A stretch of 64,000 bases of DNA from Escherichia phage vB_EcoM_NBG1, in the sequence record MH243438.1; one strand, given 5' to 3'. The translations under genes and the position numbers were made by a program. The notes under the pieces are model-generated. The model ran no database searches. It was given only the letters and a program-made list of their open reading frames with translations, and was not told the origin of the DNA. Numbering within the stretch: position 1 is the stretch's first letter; every line of letters starts with the position of its first letter. Below, one piece after another: positions 35,069 through 43,993 of this stretch.

Positions 35069-35541
35069 TCGGTAATAAAACGTTCAACTTCATTATTCTT
35101 GGCCTTTATCTTGTCTTTACGTTCCTGTAAACTACTTTTAACAAGATTAATAATGATGCCTACAGTACCGCCGCCAATGATGCCGCCAACAACACTTATG
35201 ATAATAGATGCTAATAAGATAGCAATAATATCAACAAAACCGAAAGAACTCACCTTAGTACTAAAAAACCATACCGACGGTACAAATATAATCCATCCTG
35301 TTATCCATTGGCACTTATTGAAAAACTTTTCAAGCTCAGCTTGAGTTGTTCGTATTACTTCATCGATAGGTTGATATCCATTAATGTATCTGTTCACGAT
35401 AATACCTGCTGGCTGGTCGATTTTAAATTCTTGGCAAATATGTTTCACTAAGTAGGATGGACATCCTGTCCAATCTACTGAATAGTATGAAATACCTTCG
35501 TTGCCATCGTCTATATTAGACCAATATGTTTTGTTAATCAT
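35050..35541 (-). CDS. membrane protein with C-terminal FITECR tail
   Basis: 163 aa, two hydrophobic helices, ends ...EVERFITECRNLR. Confidence 0.5.
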   Translation of the reverse strand: MINKTYWSNIDDGNEGISYYSVDWTGCPSYLVKHICQEFKIDQPAGIIVNRYINGYQPIDEVIRTTQAELEKFFNKCQWITGWIIFVPSVWFFSTKVSSFGFVDIIAILLASIIISVVGGIIGGGTVGIIINLVKSSLQERKDKIKAKNNEVERFITECRNLR

Positions 35542-36227
35542 TACCAGCCTTCCATAGGGAATTCCAGATAAACTTGAGCATTGACACGAATTTCATTGGT
35601 AATCTTTTTAACTCGGTCTGTATTACGAGATACACGTCCGAACCAACGCCATCCGTTACTAATTGCACGAGAACCAGTGTGCCATGTTTGCCAATCAAAC
35701 TGAAGAAGAGTACGATCTGGAGCTTCCCATTTCTCTAGTTCACCTTTTTCAATTTTTTCGAGGACTTCTTTGTGCCACTGGCGATAGATAAGTTCGCCAT
35801 CAGGAATCTGACTGAACTCTGCAGTTCCTGTTGCAAAATGAGTAGGACACACGTCAGCGTTAACAAGACCAAGAATATGTTCAGAATGGTAACGAGGGTT
35901 GTCATAGTCAGGTTGTCCTGCAGTAATAAAGTGTTGACCAACTGGAATATCAGGGCGAGGAACATCATCATGGTGGTATCCAGGAATAGCAGGATACCAA
36001 CCAGGCATCAGCATATGAACCCGAGAATCAAATACAACATGTTGATTAGTCCAATCAATTGGGAGATTGGCAATAAAGCTACGAGTGATTGAGCCACCAT
36101 TATCCCAAGCAAAACCCAAATCACAATTAAAGAACATTGGTTCATTTTTGATTCGGTCATTTTGTACGTTATGTGCAAAACTACCAACTGCACGAGCTTG
36201 ACTATTAAAAGTTTTAGAACTATTCAT
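35541..36227 (-). CDS. hypothetical protein (228 aa, His/Trp-rich)
   Basis: No recognised motif. Confidence 0.5.
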   Translation of the reverse strand: MNSSKTFNSQARAVGSFAHNVQNDRIKNEPMFFNCDLGFAWDNGGSITRSFIANLPIDWTNQHVVFDSRVHMLMPGWYPAIPGYHHDDVPRPDIPVGQHFITAGQPDYDNPRYHSEHILGLVNADVCPTHFATGTAEFSQIPDGELIYRQWHKEVLEKIEKGELEKWEAPDRTLLQFDWQTWHTGSRAISNGWRWFGRVSRNTDRVKKITNEIRVNAQVYLEFPMEGW

Positions 36228-36228
36228 A

Positions 36229-36534
36229 TTATTTTCCTCGACATTCTTTAATGAAATTTTCTAGATTGGTAGATTCAATAGCTTTTTTACGAGCTTCTGC
36301 ATGTTCTTCTTCAGACAATTTACATTTATAATTAACCCAGACATTATGGTCGAAACTAGTCGTGGCATATAATAACAATGCTCCAACGAATAGCAAAAAC
36401 GGCGATAAGAATACAAAACCAGGAACACCATCCATATCGTAAGCCTTTTGTAATACTGCAACAGAAAGAGCTGCGTAAAAAGGTGATGCAAATATTGTTA
36501 AAAGACCAATTCGGTTGGTTTCGCCTAATTTCAT
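36229..36534 (-). CDS. membrane protein with C-terminal FIKECR tail
   Basis: 101 aa, two TM helices, ends ...NLENFIKECRGK. Confidence 0.5.
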   Translation of the reverse strand: MKLGETNRIGLLTIFASPFYAALSVAVLQKAYDMDGVPGFVFLSPFLLFVGALLLYATTSFDHNVWVNYKCKLSEEEHAEARKKAIESTNLENFIKECRGK

Positions 36535-36592
36535 AATATTCTCCTCATGTTTTAATAGGACTACTATAATATATCCCTATCAGTTTGTACAC

Positions 36593-36811
36593 TTATTTTG
36601 ACATTTCTTCGATGTCACGACGATACCCATCACGAACTTCACGAAGAGCTTCAAGGCCACACATAGGCTCGATACCAGTAATGTGAACTTGATTAATCTG
36701 ATACTCTACATCTTCTAACTGAGCGAAAACATAACGACGTTCTGCTGCACAACCGGGTTTAGCTTTACCGAAACGTTTATTCAAAGTAGTCATTTTTATA
36801 TCTCCATTCAC
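36593..36811 (-). CDS. hypothetical protein
   Basis: 72-aa ORF. Confidence 0.45.
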   Translation of the reverse strand: MNGDIKMTTLNKRFGKAKPGCAAERRYVFAQLEDVEYQINQVHITGIEPMCGLEALREVRDGYRRDIEEMSK

Positions 36812-36873
36812 TCATTTGTTTTGATAGGTCTATAGTATCAACAACTACAGACCTTGTAAACTGTTTTGTGAAA

Positions 36874-37830
36874 TTATTTGAAAGGTTTTACCATATGAAA
36901 GTTTTGTTTGAAACGCTTGACGTAATCGTCGTGTCCTAAGCTTTGGTACATACTTACTACTTTGCTATAATTTTCCCAAGCGAACTCACGGAACCATCCT
37001 GATGTGATTGATGTACAGACCTTTTCAAGGGCCATCATAAAACTATCACGTGGATGGATTTTAAAGTCGTTAGGAATCTGTGAACGTTCAAGAGCTAATA
37101 CACAAGCTTCTTCATATACACCGGCTAATTTAACCATTTCTGGTAATGATTTGAACTTCTCGCGTGATGTCATAACTTCTGAGCCTTCTTTCATATAAAA
37201 CTTATAAGCAGGCTGGTCAGTTAGTGCAATGGCTTCATGAATAGTATCATGGTCATATGTATAGATGTCATCTTTAAAGAACGCACTTTTAGAAGTGTCA
37301 AGAACTGGGTGAGCATAATTCAAGGTTTCTTTCTGGCGTTTCAGCATAATTTCAGTAAGTTCATCGTTCAGTGTAACACCTTTACCACGAAGATACTGAA
37401 TATGATTCATAGTCTTTAAAAAGAATGGATTATTTTTCTTGAAACGATGAGACATCTTAATTGCAAGACATATCTCGGGAGTTGCCCAGTAAAACCCGTT
37501 CAAACGGTCTTTAGTCAAATTTTTCTTGGCGTATTTTAAAAGGTCATAAGAAGACGTGAAATCTTCAGGAGTGAGTTCACCAACTAATTCACGGACATTA
37601 GTGATTGCCGGAACAATATATGCTTCAAAATGAGTTTCGCGTCCATTATGGAAGCATTTGAAAACTTGGACGTCAGGGTTATCTTGGTGAACGTATACAC
37701 CCATCATTTGATTTTTGAATGCATTCCAAGAACATTGGTCCGCAATAAAATCCCAATCACTATTTTTGATAGCGCTAGAATCAATAAGACCATGATAGTG
37801 AAGTGCACGAGAACCAATAACTAACATCAT
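36874..37830 (-). CDS. hypothetical protein (318 aa)
   Basis: N-terminal GSRALHYHG...DWDF loosely nucleotidyltransferase-like; not convincing. Confidence 0.5.
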   Translation of the reverse strand: MMLVIGSRALHYHGLIDSSAIKNSDWDFIADQCSWNAFKNQMMGVYVHQDNPDVQVFKCFHNGRETHFEAYIVPAITNVRELVGELTPEDFTSSYDLLKYAKKNLTKDRLNGFYWATPEICLAIKMSHRFKKNNPFFLKTMNHIQYLRGKGVTLNDELTEIMLKRQKETLNYAHPVLDTSKSAFFKDDIYTYDHDTIHEAIALTDQPAYKFYMKEGSEVMTSREKFKSLPEMVKLAGVYEEACVLALERSQIPNDFKIHPRDSFMMALEKVCTSITSGWFREFAWENYSKVVSMYQSLGHDDYVKRFKQNFHMVKPFK

Positions 37831-37855
37831 AATAATTTCCTCGAATTTAGATTAC

Positions 37856-38107
37856 TTAAATTTCACGACATGCGATATTATATTCATCCCAGAGGTCATC
37901 ATGTGAAGCCTCTACCAATGGAACGATTGTACCGTTTATGTCTTCATTATAAGGGCAAATTGTACAGTGCGCATCTTCGAATCGGATGCCTTTGTGTTCA
38001 GATTTTTTATAACGCATATCGAATATCTTTGCAAACTTTTCACGAGTAATAGTTTTAGCAACCACTTTGGTTCCGATACTTTCGTAATAAATCATTGTGG
38101 ACTCCAT
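37856..38107 (-). CDS. hypothetical protein
   Basis: 83-aa ORF. Confidence 0.45.
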   Translation of the reverse strand: MESTMIYYESIGTKVVAKTITREKFAKIFDMRYKKSEHKGIRFEDAHCTICPYNEDINGTIVPLVEASHDDLWDEYNIACREI

Positions 38108-38157
38108 TTGTTTTGATAGGACTACTATAACATAGCCCTATCTTGTTGTAAACTGTT

Positions 38158-38355
38158 TTAGCAAGAATAACTAGATGATACCCAGCCTTGAACAGTGATA
38201 CTATTGTGGGATAATGAGATCGCGTCCTGGAGATTCAGACCTGCGTTATCTTCAATCCATAATGTAACTTCTTCGCGTTCTTCTGTTGCAATTTGGAACA
38301 GGTTTTCCAGAGCAGCTACTGCCGTACGTACAGCACAATCTAATTCACGAGACAT
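38158..38355 (-). CDS. small protein, GxWVSSSxxC family member A
   Basis: 65 aa ending QGWVSSSYSC. Confidence 0.5.
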   Translation of the reverse strand: MSRELDCAVRTAVAALENLFQIATEEREEVTLWIEDNAGLNLQDAISLSHNSITVQGWVSSSYSC

Positions 38356-38364
38356 ATTGTTTCC

Positions 38365-38637
38365 TTAGCAAGTGTGAGAAGATGCGACCCAACCACCAGT
38401 TTCGAGGCTCAGGTTGTAGTCGTATTGGTAAACGTCAGCCCATTCAGCATAGCCGTTTTTTGTACAACGTTCAAGATCGGCTTTAAGATGTCCGGGTGAA
38501 TGATAGGTTCCACCCATACCATAAGCTGGATACAAGTCGAATGTTGTGTTTTGTTTATCAGCAATTTCTTTGGCAGCCTCAATAGCTGCATAGATTTTTG
38601 CTACAGCTTCAGCCAGTTCGGTTTGTTCTTTAGACAT
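38365..38637 (-). CDS. small protein, GxWVSSSxxC family member B
   Basis: 90 aa ending GGWVASSHTC. Confidence 0.5.
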   Translation of the reverse strand: MSKEQTELAEAVAKIYAAIEAAKEIADKQNTTFDLYPAYGMGGTYHSPGHLKADLERCTKNGYAEWADVYQYDYNLSLETGGWVASSHTC

Positions 38638-38646
38638 AATGATTCC

Positions 38647-38952
38647 TTAGCACAACGCAGAAGACGAAACCCAAGCACCTTCAGTAATAACGTAACCGTT
38701 ACCTTCACGCTTAACATCGCCACCATTATTTTCAATTTCATCTTTCATCCACTGGGATACGATTTCACCCTTAGGATAATAAGTACGACCACTACCATAA
38801 TCACCTACAGAAAATGATACAGCATATTGGTCTGCGATCTTTGTTGCTTCTTCTTCGATACGTTCAGCTTGATTCAGAAGTTTATAAATTGCATCTGAAG
38901 CGGATTTGGCATCATTAAACTCTGGTACTTTAATTTCAATAATCTTACTCAT
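38647..38952 (-). CDS. small protein, GxWVSSSxxC family member C
   Basis: 101 aa ending GAWVSSSALC. Confidence 0.5.
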   Translation of the reverse strand: MSKIIEIKVPEFNDAKSASDAIYKLLNQAERIEEEATKIADQYAVSFSVGDYGSGRTYYPKGEIVSQWMKDEIENNGGDVKREGNGYVITEGAWVSSSALC

Positions 38953-39308
38953 TTTCTACATTCCTTAATAAAGTTTTCGATTGTTTCATTTTCACGTTTA
39001 GCTAGGAGTTCATTATAACTAATCATTTGAGAAGCGTAAACCTTTTTATTTTTCTTGTTATGGTTTATAAAATCGTAGTAAAAATAGACCACAGTACAAA
39101 ATGATGCGATGGATGCAAAGGCTTGGGTATACCGTAAGTCCTGCCATTGGTCTGTGAATCCACCGGTATTCCCTATAAATCCTAACACAACTCCGTCAAT
39201 AAGAAATCCAACTAATCCAAAGGCAAATCCCATGCCAATACTCATAATAAAAATTAGAATGTTCTCGCCGAGAGAAGGCCGAACAGTTAAGAGTTTAGGT
39301 TTTTGCAT
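38949..39308 (-). CDS. membrane protein with C-terminal FIKECR tail
   Basis: 119 aa, ends ...ETIENFIKECRK. Confidence 0.5.
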   Translation of the reverse strand: MQKPKLLTVRPSLGENILIFIMSIGMGFAFGLVGFLIDGVVLGFIGNTGGFTDQWQDLRYTQAFASIASFCTVVYFYYDFINHNKKNKKVYASQMISYNELLAKRENETIENFIKECRK

Positions 39309-39712
39309 CTTATTTCCTTAACGAATTCCATAGCTTCTTCGTATTCGTACTTTTTAACAGCTTCGTCATACTGAGCTTGGGCTTTTGCGCACTGAACTTT
39401 CCATTCGCGTACTCGAGCTCTATAATGACGTCCTTGGTACCAATATCCCACCCAGTTAATAGGCATTAATAAAAATGGCACAATAAACGACCCGGCTATA
39501 ATAAGTAAAAACACTGCATCAGACGATATAACTTCACTAGAATCTAAAACAGCTCCTATAATCATAAAGATTAAAAATGCTAAAGCTAAAATAGGGCCAA
39601 ATAGTACTTCGTTTGGGATTAATTTACGTTTGTATTCGTATGCCCAGGGCTTAATTGGTTGATAAAGGGTTGGCTTTGACATATTCTCTACATTCCATAA
39701 TAAATTGCTCAA
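39287..39712 (-). CDS. membrane protein with FVKEIRC tail variant
   Basis: 141 aa (or 131 from MSKPTLY), ends ...EEAMEFVKEIRCKNLNS. Confidence 0.5.
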   Translation of the reverse strand: MSNLLWNVENMSKPTLYQPIKPWAYEYKRKLIPNEVLFGPILALAFLIFMIIGAVLDSSEVISSDAVFLLIIAGSFIVPFLLMPINWVGYWYQGRHYRARVREWKVQCAKAQAQYDEAVKKYEYEEAMEFVKEIRCKNLNS

Positions 39713-40253
39713 GGATTAAATTGTTAGTGAAATTAGGACTAACAACCATAGTTTCATAAAGCGCATCAATAGCACTTAAAGCATCAACTCTCTTAAGCAA
39801 AGGCTTGCCTTCATACATAGTTTCAGAATCGACGATTAAAGTGAAGTAGTATTTTTTATTATTGACCAGAACTTCTGTATCAATATAAAACATGTTAGAC
39901 CTCAGAAGCTTATCTCTAAAACCATAATAATCTTTAGAGCGTTCGCTGATATATTCCCATTCAGTGTTTAAACAACAAACAGACCATGTAGGAGCAACGA
40001 AATCGGTGAATCTAATATCATGGTCTGCAACTAGTTTAGCAATAGCTCCGATATCATGAATCATAATACCTGGGGTTAATAAAGATTTTCTGCTATGGCT
40101 AGCCGTTTTCTCAGTAGTCTCATAAGAAGACGACCAGTACCATTTACGTCCAGTTGCAACATATCGTAATGAATCAACTAAAGACGTAGGTGGATTTACC
40201 TTATCTCGGAACTCTTCGAACATTGAGTCAATATCATTATTTTGGTTTCGCAT
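39651..40253 (-). CDS. hypothetical protein with FIMECR near C-terminus
   Basis: Start reassigned to MRNQNNDIDSMFEEF (AAGGAG upstream); ends ...LEQFIMECREYVKANPLSTN. Confidence 0.5.
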   Translation of the reverse strand: MRNQNNDIDSMFEEFRDKVNPPTSLVDSLRYVATGRKWYWSSSYETTEKTASHSRKSLLTPGIMIHDIGAIAKLVADHDIRFTDFVAPTWSVCCLNTEWEYISERSKDYYGFRDKLLRSNMFYIDTEVLVNNKKYYFTLIVDSETMYEGKPLLKRVDALSAIDALYETMVVSPNFTNNLILEQFIMECREYVKANPLSTN

Positions 40254-40272
40254 GTTAACTCCTTTATTATCC

Positions 40273-40294
40273 AAAAGGAGGACCGGAGTCCTCC
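40273..40294 (-). terminator. Hairpin terminator after gene 40303-40896
   Basis: GGAGGAC-CGGA-GTCCTCC with T-rich tracts on both sides. Confidence 0.5.
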
Positions 40295-40302
40295 GTATTA
40301 TT

Positions 40303-40896
40303 TTATTTCAAAGAGTTAATATATTCTTGTACATCAGCAGAAGTGGTTTCGACACCAGCTGGAGTGCCATTGAACGTTTCAACACGAGTCAGAGTGTCTT
40401 CGATATCAACCTTAGTCAGTGCAGCGATTTCAATTACATCATCAGCCGTAGAGATACCAAGGGCATTGGCTGCTCGAGTTTCACGAATGTATTCGAGTTT
40501 GATTGCCAGATTCTGACGAGCATCATCAAGTTCAACCACCTTACGAGCAATTTCAATTCGCATAGCGGCATACCCGTCAGCTTTTGTATTAAGTTGTTCG
40601 GCAGTTCGACGATACAGAAGACCAAGCTTAGCATGCATAGTAACATCTTGTCCTTCAGCCAGGAGCTTACGAATTTCACGTTCCTTAGAAGCGGCTTGCT
40701 TGTTCTTTTCATTAACAAGTTCGCGAATACGTTTTTCTTCATTAATAGATTTAACAGAAGCCGTTTTTAGTTCTTTGATTTGGGTAATCAACTTATCTGC
40801 AGCTGCGTTATACTGTTCTTCGACAGTCAGATTTTTAGCCATAGCAGTACCCAGTTTAGTGCGGATGAATTCAACAAGTTTCTTCAGTGTGTTCAT
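40303..40896 (-). CDS. coiled-coil protein
   Basis: 197 aa from [14 protein letters not shown] (track uses upstream TTG). Confidence 0.5.
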   Translation of the reverse strand: MNTLKKLVEFIRTKLGTAMAKNLTVEEQYNAAADKLITQIKELKTASVKSINEEKRIRELVNEKNKQAASKEREIRKLLAEGQDVTMHAKLGLLYRRTAEQLNTKADGYAAMRIEIARKVVELDDARQNLAIKLEYIRETRAANALGISTADDVIEIAALTKVDIEDTLTRVETFNGTPAGVETTSADVQEYINSLK

Positions 40897-40918
40897 ATTA
40901 TTACCTTTCAATTGGTGG

Positions 40919-40977
40919 TTTATTATCCAACGAGAGCATTATACTCTGCTCTCAAGAGTTTGTAAATTATTTTTTAA
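40919..40977 (-). promoter_or_regulatory. Early promoter hairpin cassette (copy of 10128-10186)
   Basis: ~59 bp, 5 differences from the 10.1-kb copy; stem arms GAGAGC/GCTCTC show compensatory change. Confidence 0.5.
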
Positions 40978-41194
40978 TCAAATTGACATAAAACTCGGCG
41001 TCTTCCGGGTGCATGCCTTCGCAGTATTCTTCAACCATGAACTTCTTAACAGCTTCATAAGGACCACTCAGATTAAGCTCAGTTGTCCAGAACTTGGAAT
41101 CTTGGGCTGAATCGATACGAACTTCAGGGTGTCGGTTGCGAATAACTTCTTCGGTGTATTCATAATCAACGACATCAATACTAACTTTAGCCAT
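40967..41194 (-). CDS. hypothetical protein
   Basis: 75-aa ORF. Confidence 0.45.
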   Translation of the reverse strand: MAKVSIDVVDYEYTEEVIRNRHPEVRIDSAQDSKFWTTELNLSGPYEAVKKFMVEEYCEGMHPEDAEFYVNLIKK

Positions 41195-41240
41195 TTTGTT
41201 TTCCTCTTGATTTGATGTGATTACTATAACATAAACTTAC

Positions 41241-41405
41241 TTAGATGTAAATTATTTCAACGTCACCTTTAGCTGCTTTATAACCTTCAGCCCAAGATAC
41301 AACAGAGTTTTTATCCGAGGATTCAAATTCAGGCATTGGACTTTCACCAATATTCACACAGTATGTTTCTTCATTTTCATCGAACCAAATAATTAAAGTA
41401 GTCAT
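41241..41405 (-). CDS. small hypothetical protein (54 aa)
   Basis: Hand-translated MTTLIIWFDENEETYCVNIGESPMPEF... Confidence 0.3.
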   Translation of the reverse strand: MTTLIIWFDENEETYCVNIGESPMPEFESSDKNSVVSWAEGYKAAKGDVEIIYI

Positions 41406-41473
41406 TTTGTTTACTCCTCTGTAGTTGATAAGTCTATAGTATCACCGTCCTTGGTGCTTGTACATCGTTATTT

Positions 41474-41779
41474 TTAATTTTTCCAACTTAACAACTTGTA
41501 GTGTCCTTCATTCATACATGGTTTATCCCAAGAAATACTAATATATGATTCACCGTCAATAGAAGTCGCCGGGTTTTTCTCTACCGTAAGACCTTCACTT
41601 TCCAGCCATTCAATAGTATTTGCGCATAAATCGGAAGAACACCTCATCGGAAACCTGCAAGATTTTTCACCTTTAGCTGCAGTGTTATACATCTTTTCTA
41701 AAATACGCTTTTGCACGTTTTTAAAAATAGTTTCAGCAGATTCTTCAGATTTTTTATTCAGTTCAGTGTAAAGACTCAT
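41474..41779 (-). CDS. hypothetical protein
   Basis: 101-aa ORF. Confidence 0.5.
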   Translation of the reverse strand: MSLYTELNKKSEESAETIFKNVQKRILEKMYNTAAKGEKSCRFPMRCSSDLCANTIEWLESEGLTVEKNPATSIDGESYISISWDKPCMNEGHYKLLSWKN

Positions 41780-41865
41780 AATATTTTCCTCATGTTTTTA
41801 TAGGTCTATAGTAACACATCTAGGGAAGAAGTAAACAACTTTATGAAATATTTTTATGCCCTAGA

Positions 41866-41896
41866 TGCCAAAAAGCCCCAACCTTTCGGAAGGGGC
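41866..41896 (-). terminator. Rho-independent terminator closing the tRNA transcription unit
   Basis: Hairpin GCCCC..CC-TTTC-GG..GGGGC followed by TTTTTGG; sequence copy of terminator at 26286-26316. Confidence 0.55.
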
Positions 41897-41939
41897 TATG
41901 CCTTGCGGCAACCTTGTCGGGGTTCCACCTGCTAAGGCA

Positions 41940-42205
41940 AGTGTTTGTACGAAACGCCGGGATTCGAACCCGGTTATTAAGCAGTTGACGCTACTCAATA
42001 TTTTTAAAAGGCCATATCTCGACCATATCCGAACGTTCCGTCAAAAACGCTACTCGGCTTACGGCAAATATATTTCCTCGAATCGATAATTCTGTGCGCC
42101 GTTTCTGCTGTGATGTAAGGGGATATTAACAAATCGTAAAGATTTATTAAGACCAGTCCTTACTCAGGGAACATCAGTCCGACGACTTACCGGTAGCGAC
42201 CCGGC
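41940..42205 (-). ncRNA. candidate small stable RNA(s) with tRNA-like 3' domain
   Basis: Perfect T-arm ACCGGG-TTCGAAT-CCCGG followed by acceptor-like CGTTTCG able to pair with upstream CGGAACG; no canonical cloverleaf found. Confidence 0.3.
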
Positions 42206-42208
42206 TTC

Positions 42209-42553
42209 TTATTTTGGCATATCATCAATTTGCTCTCGACGCCGACGCCATAGATTAATCGCTTCATTGGCACATTCTGCGTTTGGTATATGACGGCAGT
42301 AATATAATGATTCGCGTTTCTGGAACCGATGTTGCAACGGGATTTCGTTTAAAAGGTCTTTACGGTCAAAGTATTCAAAACTAGTTAACCCAGAACGGTT
42401 TTTAATGAACTTCCAATGGCCGAATTCATTTTGAACATAGATGTAATCTGCATGTTGGTATAACAAATTAATCAATCGGTCTGAAATAACTGTATCATTT
42501 TCGTTAAAATAAAACGTTAAATCATGAACTACCAAATAAATATTGCCTTTCAT
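42209..42553 (-). CDS. hypothetical protein abutting tRNA-Arg
   Basis: 114 aa from MKGNIYLVVHDL; longer track ORF would overlap the tRNA. Confidence 0.45.
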   Translation of the reverse strand: MKGNIYLVVHDLTFYFNENDTVISDRLINLLYQHADYIYVQNEFGHWKFIKNRSGLTSFEYFDRKDLLNEIPLQHRFQKRESLYYCRHIPNAECANEAINLWRRRREQIDDMPK

Positions 42554-42571
42554 ATTTTCCTCACTTAAAGT

Positions 42572-42648
42572 TGGCCGAGACAGAAGGATTCTAACCTTCA
42601 ACCTACGGATTAGAATTCCGTTGCTCTATACAATTGAGCTATGCCTCG
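42572..42648 (-). tRNA. tRNA-Arg (anticodon UCU)
   Basis: 77-nt cloverleaf folded by hand with 7-bp acceptor stem, GCTC/GAGC D-stem, anticodon loop AUUCUAA, T-arm GAAGG-TTAGAAT-CCTTC, encoded CCA. Confidence 0.7.
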
Positions 42649-42654
42649 AATATA

Positions 42655-42728
42655 TGACCCAGACCAGATTCGAACTGGTAACCTTTCCCTTATGAGGGGA
42701 CTGCTGCTAACCATTGAGCTACAGGGCC
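42655..42728 (-). tRNA. tRNA with CAU anticodon (Met or Ile2 type)
   Basis: 74 nt, anticodon loop CUCAUAA, T-arm ACCAG-TTCGAAT-CTGGT; one acceptor mismatch and unclear D-stem in my reading. Confidence 0.6.
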
Positions 42729-42805
42729 TAAATAACTTTCTATTATGAAAGGCACTTTAGAGCACCTTTGGTAATAGAGGGTAGATTAATAATAACACAT
42801 AATTC

Positions 42806-43321
42806 TTAAAGCAAATCAATCATTTTAACAGTCGGCAAAACAATTTCTTCTTCAATATAAGCGAATTCAACACGTTCAACTACACGCAAGAAATCATAGT
42901 CGTAGTATTCGGAAGCATAGCCAAGAATATCAATAAGTCCTTGAGATATCTCATCGCCTTTCACAAAGAACAGGTCGAATACGCGGGCTTCGTCTTCTTC
43001 AGATTTATCACCAAGGTCTACTTCGATACCAAAGACCTTTTTAATAAATTCCGGTTGGAGTTGGTCTGAGAACAGTCCTTCAACCAAGTATTCATAGATT
43101 AAAAGCGAGCAATCACTGAATGGTGTATTACCACAATAACGTTCGGCTTTAGTGCTAGAATGACGACTCTTAAATTTCTTCAAGAGATATTTAAACTGTT
43201 GGAGCTCATGCTCTTCTACACCAAATAATGTTTTGGTTTTATAGTTGTCGCCGTCATTTTCCCAAGTAGTGACATCAATTACGTAACCCTTAGGAATTGT
43301 ACTGCCTAAACAAATATTCAT
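42806..43321 (-). CDS. hypothetical protein
   Basis: 171-aa acidic ORF. Confidence 0.5.
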   Translation of the reverse strand: MNICLGSTIPKGYVIDVTTWENDGDNYKTKTLFGVEEHELQQFKYLLKKFKSRHSSTKAERYCGNTPFSDCSLLIYEYLVEGLFSDQLQPEFIKKVFGIEVDLGDKSEEDEARVFDLFFVKGDEISQGLIDILGYASEYYDYDFLRVVERVEFAYIEEEIVLPTVKMIDLL

Positions 43322-43325
43322 TTAC

Positions 43326-43616
43326 TCACCGTACCATATTAATGTAATTATATTCAATGCAACGTAATTTCAAAGGATTCTTGAAAATATCATATTCAAG
43401 AGGGCCTTTTTCTGTTTCAATAAAGAAATCAAAGTTAACTGTGTTAAATTTATCGTCTTCACAAAATAATTTAACCTGTGAAGATGAACGGTCGATATAA
43501 ACCTTTTCAACCTCAAAGTTGGTCAGAATACCGTAGTCATCGACTAGTGCTTTAGCTGCACGTTGATCGCTTTCGTATCCGTTCTCAATAGATGACACTT
43601 TAGCATAAAGAATCAT
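43326..43616 (-). CDS. hypothetical protein
   Basis: 96-aa ORF. Confidence 0.5.
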   Translation of the reverse strand: MILYAKVSSIENGYESDQRAAKALVDDYGILTNFEVEKVYIDRSSSQVKLFCEDDKFNTVNFDFFIETEKGPLEYDIFKNPLKLRCIEYNYINMVR

Positions 43617-43993
43617 GAGTGTTCCACCACTTCAAAGGTATGAGCATCAACAATATGATACCAGTCAAAATTTTCTTCTGCGTTTTTATAAATTTCACGA
43701 AGAGCCTCAACAGTTTTTCCTGTAGCAACAAGGTCGTCAATACCGCCAAGAGGATAACAGTCGTAACCAGCAAACAGAAGGAAATTAACAGTTTCTGTAG
43801 GTTCTGGATGCAGAACACCGTTATCGTCTACCACTTCAAAGAAAGTGTAAGAAGGAGTACAAGTTTTAATCCAAGCCCATGCTTGAGCTGCTGAATCAAA
43901 TGGTCTGCGTATCAAACGACAATCAGGGTCTTTAGAAGGATTTGCTTCAAAATCAGCATATACGTGATATTTCATTTTACTCACCTTTTGCAA
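43613..43993 (-). CDS. hypothetical protein
   Basis: 126 aa; start may be MKYHVY at 43975. Confidence 0.5.
   Translation of the reverse strand: MQKVSKMKYHVYADFEANPSKDPDCRLIRRPFDSAAQAWAWIKTCTPSYTFFEVVDDNGVLHPEPTETVNFLLFAGYDCYPLGGIDDLVATGKTVEALREIYKNAEENFDWYHIVDAHTFEVVEHS

Noticed and set aside
36874-37830. 318-aa protein as a second nucleotidyltransferase
   Set aside because: GS...DWD spacing (17 residues) is outside the usual GS-x9-13-DxD pattern; kept as hypothetical.
42209-42553. ORF next to tRNA-Arg as a SegB-type GIY-YIG homing endonuclease
   Set aside because: Position is suggestive but no GIY...YIG motif is visible and the protein is only 114 aa; left as hypothetical.
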